Source of the DNA: Eubacteriales bacterium | GTDB taxonomy: Bacteria > Bacillota > Clostridia > Oscillospirales > CAG-272 | Direction of reading: 5' to 3' | Length of the DNA: 64,000 nucleotides | NCBI GenBank assembly: GCA_045659905.1 | Contig: JAZRCT010000054.1 | Span: 40,546-104,545 of the forward strand | In this document: positions 58,390 to 64,000 of the stretch, in pieces | How positions within the stretch are numbered: position 1 is the first letter of the stretch | How the letters are laid out: every line of letters begins with the position of its first letter | Translations under genes and position numbers: made by a program | The notes under the pieces: model-generated | Seen by the model: only the letters and a program-made list of their open reading frames with translations | Told to the model about the DNA's origin: nothing | The model's database searches: none

Positions 58390-58412
58390 ACAATAGTCCG
58401 TAAGGACGAGAT

Positions 58413-58488
58413 GCTGCTATGGCTCAGCTGGTAGAGCACATCCTTGGTAAGGATGAGGTCCCCGGTCCGAATCCGGGTAGCAGCTCCA
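58413..58488 (+). tRNA. tRNA-Thr (anticodon GGU), CCA encoded
   Basis: Cloverleaf by hand. Acceptor GCTGCTA/TAGCAGC. D arm GCTC-AGCTGGTA-GAGC. Anticodon arm CATCC-TTGGTAA-GGATG. T arm CCCGG-TCCGAAT-CCGGG. Discriminator T, then CCA. Confidence 0.93.
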
Positions 58489-58493
58489 AACAT

Positions 58494-58535
58494 CCCCGAT
58501 ACTCCTCGTGAGCATCGGGGCTTTGGCTTTTTTTT
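58494..58535 (+). terminator. intrinsic terminator after tRNA-Thr
   Basis: CCCCGAT, a 13-nt loop, ATCGGGG, then CTTTGGCTTTTTTTT. Confidence 0.75.
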
Positions 58536-58655
58536 AAGGCTTTCTCAGGTCACAAAGCTTTCGTGACTTAACCTACACTTTATCTAAAAAACCGTTTATC
58601 ACCTACCGTCAAGCCCGCCTTACCCCCTCAATCTTAAAGAAAGGAACGCACCGCA

Positions 58656-59555
58656 ATGCTTTACAACAACCTCAGCGCTTATCTGAAAAGACGCTTTGGC
58701 AAAAAAATGAAGAAAATCTGCATCGACGGCGGCTTTTCCTGCCCCAACCGTGACGGTAGCTGCGGAATCGGCGGCTGCATTTTCTGCGGAGAGCGTGGAG
58801 CGGGAGAGCATATAGACGCTTCGCTTTCTATTGAGGAGCAGGTCGCAAGGGGACTTGAGGGCGCACGTGACGACACAGGCTATATCGCATATTTTCAAAA
58901 TTTCACCAACACCTACGCTGACGTAGCCACCCTTAAGGAGCGCTACGATAGAGCGGTATCCGACGAAAGAATCAAGGCGCTGTCAATAGGCACTCGCCCC
59001 GACTGCATAGACGAGGAAAAAGCAAGGCTTATCGCCTCTTATAAGGACAAGCTTGAGGTGTGGGTGGAGCTTGGTCTTCAAAGCGCCTCCGACCTCACGG
59101 CAAAAATTATCAACAGAGGCTACGAAAGCCAGGTCTTTACGAATGCAGTTGAAATATTAAATCGCTACGGTATACCCGTAGTAGTCCATATAATGCTCGG
59201 ACTTCCCGGGGAGGGTGACGAGGAGCTTTTTATGACGGTGAATTTTATAAATTTGCACAAGCTTTCGGGAATAAAAATCCACTCGGTGTACGTTATGAAC
59301 GGCACGAAGCTTTGCGATATGTACCTTGACGGAAGCTACACCCCCATCTCTAGGGATGATTACGTAAGACGTGCGATATACGTTCTTACTCATATAAGTA
59401 AGGAAACCGTCATTCACCGCCTGGTAGCCGACTGCCCAAGGGATAGGCTTATCGCCCCCGAATGGAACAAGGACAAAAACGCCACCCTGAAAATGATTAC
59501 CGACAAGATGGCGTCGGAGGGACTTTATCAAGGTATTTACTACGAAGAAAAATAA
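58656..59555 (+). CDS. TIGR01212-family radical SAM protein
   Basis: The lead-in YLKRRFGKKMKKICIDGGFSCPNRDGSCGIGGCIFCG is the characteristic N-terminus of this family. Confidence 0.85.
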   Translation: MLYNNLSAYLKRRFGKKMKKICIDGGFSCPNRDGSCGIGGCIFCGERGAGEHIDASLSIEEQVARGLEGARDDTGYIAYFQNFTNTYADVATLKERYDRAVSDERIKALSIGTRPDCIDEEKARLIASYKDKLEVWVELGLQSASDLTAKIINRGYESQVFTNAVEILNRYGIPVVVHIMLGLPGEGDEELFMTVNFINLHKLSGIKIHSVYVMNGTKLCDMYLDGSYTPISRDDYVRRAIYVLTHISKETVIHRLVADCPRDRLIAPEWNKDKNATLKMITDKMASEGLYQGIYYEEK

Positions 59556-59864
59556 ATGGGCTGTCACATTTGGTGAGACCGAAAAAGTCCGAATAATTTA
59601 TAAAAATCATAAAAAATCTTAAGTTTTGCGTAAATTTGTTAAACGGGACTGTTTATGGATGAAATCCTGCGGATTTCTTCAATTTTAATGGACTTTTTCT
59701 ACCGCCGTTTTCGCCACTCACCGTACCCTTGTACGGCTTAACGTGCCGAAGAACGACGCTTCTCTCCTAAATCTGACTATCTCCTTATGACAAGAGGCTG
59801 TCTCCAATGCATTTGGGACAACCTCTTTACGGTATATGTAAAACATTGTTTGTATTTTAGTGCT

Positions 59865-61409
59865 TTATCTATTCCAATACTTGCGGTCGAGCGAGCGATA
59901 ATTTATAGCCTCGGCTATGCAATCCGCATCTATTGTCTCTATGCCGTCAAGGTCAGCAATAGTCCTTGCTACCCTTAAAATTCTGTCGTGTCCTCTCGCA
60001 CTGAGACCGAGCGTTTCAAACGCCGAGCGCAGAAGCTCGCTTCCCTCCTCCGTCGGGGTGCAGAATTTTCTGAATACCTCACCCGAAAGCCTTGCATTAA
60101 GAATGTCGGCGTCAATTCCCGCATTCCTAAGTCTCTCCCTCGAAAAGGCTCTCGCCTTGTTGACACGCTCTCTTATATCGCAAGACGACTCGCCCTTTTG
60201 CGTCTTGCCCGAGATTTCGTCGTAGGATACGGCAGGCAGCTCTATCTCAATATCTATTCTGTCAAGAAGCGGACCGCTTATTCTGTCAAGATATTGCTTT
60301 CTTTGCACGGGAGTGCAGGTACATTCCTTGACGGTAGAGCCGAAATATCCGCACTTGCAGGGATTCATTGCGCACACCAGCATAAACTGCGCAGGATAGG
60401 TAACCTTTGCCATTGCTCTCGTCACAGTCACGACGCCGTCCTCAAGCGGCTGGCGCATAGCCTCCGTTACAGTCTTCGGAAACTCAGGAAATTCGTCGAG
60501 GAAAAGCACGCCGTTATGCGCTATCGAGATTTCTCCCGGGCGAGGGTTAGCGCCTCCGCCAACGAAGCCCACCGCACTCACCGTATGATGAGGTGAGCGA
60601 AACGGACGCTCGGTGACAAGATTTTTATTGAGATTTCCTGTGACGGAATGAATTTTCGTAGTCTGTATTGCCTCGTCAAGCGTCATATCCGGAAGAATAG
60701 ACGGAAGCCTTTTCGCAAGCATTGACTTTCCTGCGCCGGGCGGGCCTATCATAAGAATATTGTGTCCGCCTGCCGCCGCTATTTCCATAGCACGCTTTGC
60801 CTTAAGCTGACCTCTCACCTCCGAAAAATCAAGCTCGGCTATTCGGTTGGCAAGGTCGTAGGAGCAGGCTCCGCCCGATATCGGAATAATATTGTCAGTA
60901 CCTTTAATATGATTTACAAGTGAATGAAGGCTGTCAACGGGATACACCTTAATTCCCGAAACAACAGCAGCCTCGTCTGCGTTTTCTCTCGGCACGAAAA
61001 TCTCGCTTCTGCCCGACGCCTTTGCCGAGCAAACCATAGGTAGCACGCCTCTTATGCCACGCACCTCGCCCGAAAGCGAAAGCTCGCCGAGGAAGCACTT
61101 ATCAGAAAAATCATAGGCTGCGGGAAGGATTCCGCCGCTTTGCAAAACGGCAAGAATAATAGCAAGATCAAAAACCGTTCCCTCCTTCTTTCTGTCGGCA
61201 GGAGCGAGATTCACCATTATATCAAGCGAGGGGAATCTGATTCCGCTATTCTCGCAAGCGCTCATTACTCTGTTCTTAGCTTCCTTCACCGCCGCATCGG
61301 GAAGCCCTACCAGCTCAAAGCGAGGAAGTCTATTCCAGGCGCTGCATTCGACGGTCACCTCAAAGCCGTCAATTCCAAGCACCCCCGAGCTATAAATTCT
61401 TGATAACAT
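59865..61409 (-). CDS. comM: YifB/ComM-family Mg-chelatase-like AAA+ ATPase
   Basis: 514 aa with an N-terminal Lon-protease-like domain, Walker A GPPGAGKS, VLFLDEFPEF and a C-terminal ChlI-like domain. Confidence 0.9.
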   Translation of the reverse strand: MLSRIYSSGVLGIDGFEVTVECSAWNRLPRFELVGLPDAAVKEAKNRVMSACENSGIRFPSLDIMVNLAPADRKKEGTVFDLAIILAVLQSGGILPAAYDFSDKCFLGELSLSGEVRGIRGVLPMVCSAKASGRSEIFVPRENADEAAVVSGIKVYPVDSLHSLVNHIKGTDNIIPISGGACSYDLANRIAELDFSEVRGQLKAKRAMEIAAAGGHNILMIGPPGAGKSMLAKRLPSILPDMTLDEAIQTTKIHSVTGNLNKNLVTERPFRSPHHTVSAVGFVGGGANPRPGEISIAHNGVLFLDEFPEFPKTVTEAMRQPLEDGVVTVTRAMAKVTYPAQFMLVCAMNPCKCGYFGSTVKECTCTPVQRKQYLDRISGPLLDRIDIEIELPAVSYDEISGKTQKGESSCDIRERVNKARAFSRERLRNAGIDADILNARLSGEVFRKFCTPTEEGSELLRSAFETLGLSARGHDRILRVARTIADLDGIETIDADCIAEAINYRSLDRKYWNR

Positions 61410-61551
61410 AGTCTAACCCTTCCTGCGTATAGCGCAAAATCCATTTTTATAAAAATATTTTATCACAAGCGCCGTAATAAATCAAGGGCTTTGTTGACAA
61501 CCGAGACGAAAGGTGGTAAAATAAAATGAAAGTTTTTGCATAGGAGATAAA

Positions 61552-62616
61552 TTGGTGAAGCTTCTTAAGAACGCAAAATTAAACGGCACTCTCACCGATA
61601 TCGCGGTAGAGGGCGGAAAAATAATAAAAATAGGCAAGCAGGCAGGCGATGGCTACGACTGCCGAGGCAATAGAATTTACCCGGGACTTATAGATATTCA
61701 CAGTCACGGCTGTCTTGGCTTTGACACTATGGACTCCGAGAACAGACTTGAGGAAATGTCGGTTTTTCAGCTAAATCACGGTACTACCTCCTGGTATCCT
61801 ACCACTATGACTATGTCAAAGGAGGATATAAAGCGGGCGACCGGCCGAAATATATCGGGGCTTTCGGGCGCTACCGCCCCGGGCTTCCATATGGAGGGGC
61901 CATTCATTCACCCAAAATTCAAGGGAGCGCAAAACCCCGATTACATTACGAAACCAAGCTTAGAGTTTTTTTCTCAGCTTAAGAATATAGCAATAGTCAC
62001 CCTCGCACCCGAGCTTCCCGGAAGCAAGGCGTTTATCGAGGGCTGTCCCGCCGTCGTAGCTATCGGGCATACCGACGCAGATTACGACACTGCAATGGGG
62101 GCAATAAGAGCAGGTGCGAAATGTCTTACTCACACCTTTAACGCAATGAACGGCATTCACCACAGAGCACCGGGACCGATAGGCGCAGCCTCCGACAGCG
62201 AGGGCGTATACTGTCAGCTTATCGCAGACGGTAAGCATATTCACGAGGCATCGATAAGAATGCTTGTGAAGATAATGGGTGCTGACAGAATAATCCTTAT
62301 CAGCGACTCTATAAGAGCCACGGGACTCGGCGACGGAGAATACAGCTTCGGCGGTCAGAAAATCACGGTCACCGACGGTATTGCCAGAGTTGAGGAGGGC
62401 AATCTCGCAGGCTCTACCTCGACGCTTTTCGATTGCGTTAAGAATATGATATCGTTTGGCTTCTCTCCCGAGGACGCAGTAAAAATGGCGAGTGAAAATC
62501 CCGCTCGGCTTATGAAGCTTAATAAGGGAAAAATCGAAGTCGGATACGATGCGGATTTCATTATAGTTGACGATAATTTCGATTTAGTTACTGCTATTGC
62601 AAGAGGCGAATTTTAA
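61552..62616 (+). CDS. nagA: N-acetylglucosamine-6-phosphate deacetylase
   Basis: DIHSHG, HMEGPF, GHTDADY, THTFNAM and other amidohydrolase NagA motifs. TTG or GTG start after a GGAG RBS. Confidence 0.9.
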   Translation: MVKLLKNAKLNGTLTDIAVEGGKIIKIGKQAGDGYDCRGNRIYPGLIDIHSHGCLGFDTMDSENRLEEMSVFQLNHGTTSWYPTTMTMSKEDIKRATGRNISGLSGATAPGFHMEGPFIHPKFKGAQNPDYITKPSLEFFSQLKNIAIVTLAPELPGSKAFIEGCPAVVAIGHTDADYDTAMGAIRAGAKCLTHTFNAMNGIHHRAPGPIGAASDSEGVYCQLIADGKHIHEASIRMLVKIMGADRIILISDSIRATGLGDGEYSFGGQKITVTDGIARVEEGNLAGSTSTLFDCVKNMISFGFSPEDAVKMASENPARLMKLNKGKIEVGYDADFIIVDDNFDLVTAIARGEF

Positions 62617-62654
62617 GCTTATTTTCAAATAATTGTTTACCAGAAGGATTGTTT

Positions 62655-63374
62655 ATGGCGATAAAAGAACAGGATATACGCACTGCATCACTAATAGGTG
62701 AAGATGCATTATCCAAAATTAAAAATTCAAGGGTTGCGCTCTTTGGAGTAGGCGGTGTCGGCGGCTTTTGCGCCGAGGCGCTTGCCAGAGCGGGCGTTGG
62801 CAAAATAGACCTTTTCGATTGTGACGAGGTATCGGAATCAAATATAAACCGCCAGATAATAGCGCTCCATTCCACCAAGGGAAGAAAAAAAGTGCTGGTA
62901 ATGAAGGAGCGTATCCTTGATATAAATCCCGATTGCGCGGTTTGCGTATTCGATGAATTTCTCACCGAGGAATCGGTAGAAGCAATGCCGCTTTTGGATT
63001 ACGACTTTATAGTAGACGCAATAGACACGGTAAGCGTCAAGCTCAAGCTTGCACAGAGGTGCTTCTTTGAGAAAATCCCGATAATATCCTCTATGGGCAC
63101 GGGCAATAAGCTTGACCCGACGGCGTTTCGGGTAGCCGATATTTATTCTACGAGGGTATGTCCCTTGGCAAGAGCTATGCGCTCTGAATTAAAAAAGCGA
63201 GGCGTCGGCGCTCTGCTTACGGTATATTCCGAGGAAATCCCTAGGACGCCGTTGAACAACAGCGACGAGAAGGCGGACGGCAAGCGCGCACCTGCCAGCA
63301 TTTCCTTCGTGCCGAGTGCGGCAGGGCTAATTCTTGCAGGCGAGGTCATACGCTCGCTTGCAGATATTAAATAA
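62655..63374 (+). CDS. tcdA: tRNA threonylcarbamoyladenosine dehydratase (ThiF/E1-like)
   Basis: Rossmann motif FGVGGVGGF, D...D and a C-terminal TcdA-type region. ATG at 62655 with a GAAGGA RBS. Confidence 0.85.
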   Translation: MAIKEQDIRTASLIGEDALSKIKNSRVALFGVGGVGGFCAEALARAGVGKIDLFDCDEVSESNINRQIIALHSTKGRKKVLVMKERILDINPDCAVCVFDEFLTEESVEAMPLLDYDFIVDAIDTVSVKLKLAQRCFFEKIPIISSMGTGNKLDPTAFRVADIYSTRVCPLARAMRSELKKRGVGALLTVYSEEIPRTPLNNSDEKADGKRAPASISFVPSAAGLILAGEVIRSLADIK

Positions 63375-63389
63375 ATTCGGAGAAAAAAT

Positions 63390-64000
63390 ATGAACCTTCC
63401 AGAACTGATTTTAAAAGGACTTTTGTTCGGTCTTGCGCTGGCTATGGACGCCTTTTCGGTTTCACTCGCCAACGGACTTCACGACGCCAAAATGTGCAAC
63501 AGCAAGATGCTTCTGATTGCAGGCACGTTCTCCTTCTTCCAGGGCGCTATGCCGCTTCTCGGCTGGCTTTGCATACATACCGTGCTTGAATATTTCAACG
63601 CATTCAGCTTGGCTATTCCCTACATAGCTCTTATATTGCTCGTCTTTATCGGCGGAAAAATGATTTACGATGCAATAGGCGAGCTTAAGGAGGAAAGGAA
63701 AGCAGTCCTCGCCGACGGCGGAAGCGAAGACGCCAATGACACTCCCTGCAAGTGCTGTAATCCCCCGACGGTTCTCGGCTTTGGCGCACTTCTGCTCCAG
63801 GGCGTTGCGACCTCTATCGATGCGCTTTCAGTAGGCTTTGATATTGCGGAGCTTAGCTTCCCGGAGGCTCTCACCGAGGCGCTCGTAATAGCAGCCTCCA
63901 CCTTCGTTATCTGCATAGCAGGCGTAATTATCGGCAAGAAGTTCGGCACTAAGCTTGCAGGCAAGGCGACGATTCTCGGAGGAGCAATACTTATTGCAAT
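63390..64000 (+). CDS. mntP: manganese efflux pump MntP (runs off window end)
   Basis: The ATG at 63390 translates to MNLPELILKGLLFGLALAMDAFSVSLANGL..., the conserved MntP N-terminus. It is open to the window end and is not in the ORF track. Confidence 0.8.
   Translation, partial: MNLPELILKGLLFGLALAMDAFSVSLANGLHDAKMCNSKMLLIAGTFSFFQGAMPLLGWLCIHTVLEYFNAFSLAIPYIALILLVFIGGKMIYDAIGELKEERKAVLADGGSEDANDTPCKCCNPPTVLGFGALLLQGVATSIDALSVGFDIAELSFPEALTEALVIAASTFVICIAGVIIGKKFGTKLAGKATILGGAILIA

Noticed and set aside
58309-58655. tRNA-Thr as an integration site for a mobile element
   Set aside because: There is no integrase, no duplicated tRNA 3' end and no compositional shift nearby. The flanking genes are ordinary housekeeping genes.
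63375-63389. yybP-ykoY manganese riboswitch expected before mntP
   Set aside because: Only 15 nt separate the tcdA stop from the mntP start, so there is no room for a riboswitch. mntP appears co-transcribed with tcdA.

Overview
This is a chromosomal segment of a Firmicutes/Clostridia-type anaerobe. It is a spore former (dpaA/dpaB), uses AGGAGG-type RBSs and has consensus TTGACA-17-TATAAT promoters. Most of the window is housekeeping. It holds pyrC and the carB start, cls and pyk. It holds a DUF1538 plus tandem P-II pair. It holds an oxidative TCA-branch operon (Re-type citrate synthase, GntR, aconitase, isocitrate dehydrogenase). It holds the rRNA/ribosome-modification genes ribF-prmA-rsmE, greA-lysS, fprA and rnhA. 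It also holds trpS, a WecA-like GT4, tRNA-Thr(GGU), comM/yifB, nagA, tcdA and the mntP start. An ABC-2 / GldG x2 / giant DUF4340-like envelope operon lies at 47.7-56.0 kb. The most unusual content sits in two accessory patches, 28.7-33.2 kb and 35.9-41.2 kb, which flank fprA-dpaBA. Each patch carries a paralogous giant secreted beta-helix(/LamG) protein gene. One copy is 5'-truncated and abutted to a fragment of another gene. The other copy is split by a frameshift. Each large gene is followed within 13-18 nt by an RBS-preceded peptide gene of about 45 aa that the ORF track does not list. The two peptides share a conserved N-terminal 23 residues (MKxYIxPxxE...L...DIITxS) and have divergent C-termini. 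Each cassette is then followed by a BOX-like micro-array of unique mini-hairpins separated by a conserved 8-9 nt word (AGTGATATT / AGTGAAGTT in cassette orientation). A two-hairpin terminator module with compensatory stem changes occurs three times. Other notable items are an A+T-rich XRE plus membrane-protein islet with GTAACA/TGTTAC operator repeats and a frameshifted GH2 gene. I did no database search. Functions are assigned from motifs I recognise, and the novelty claims need homology and synteny checks.
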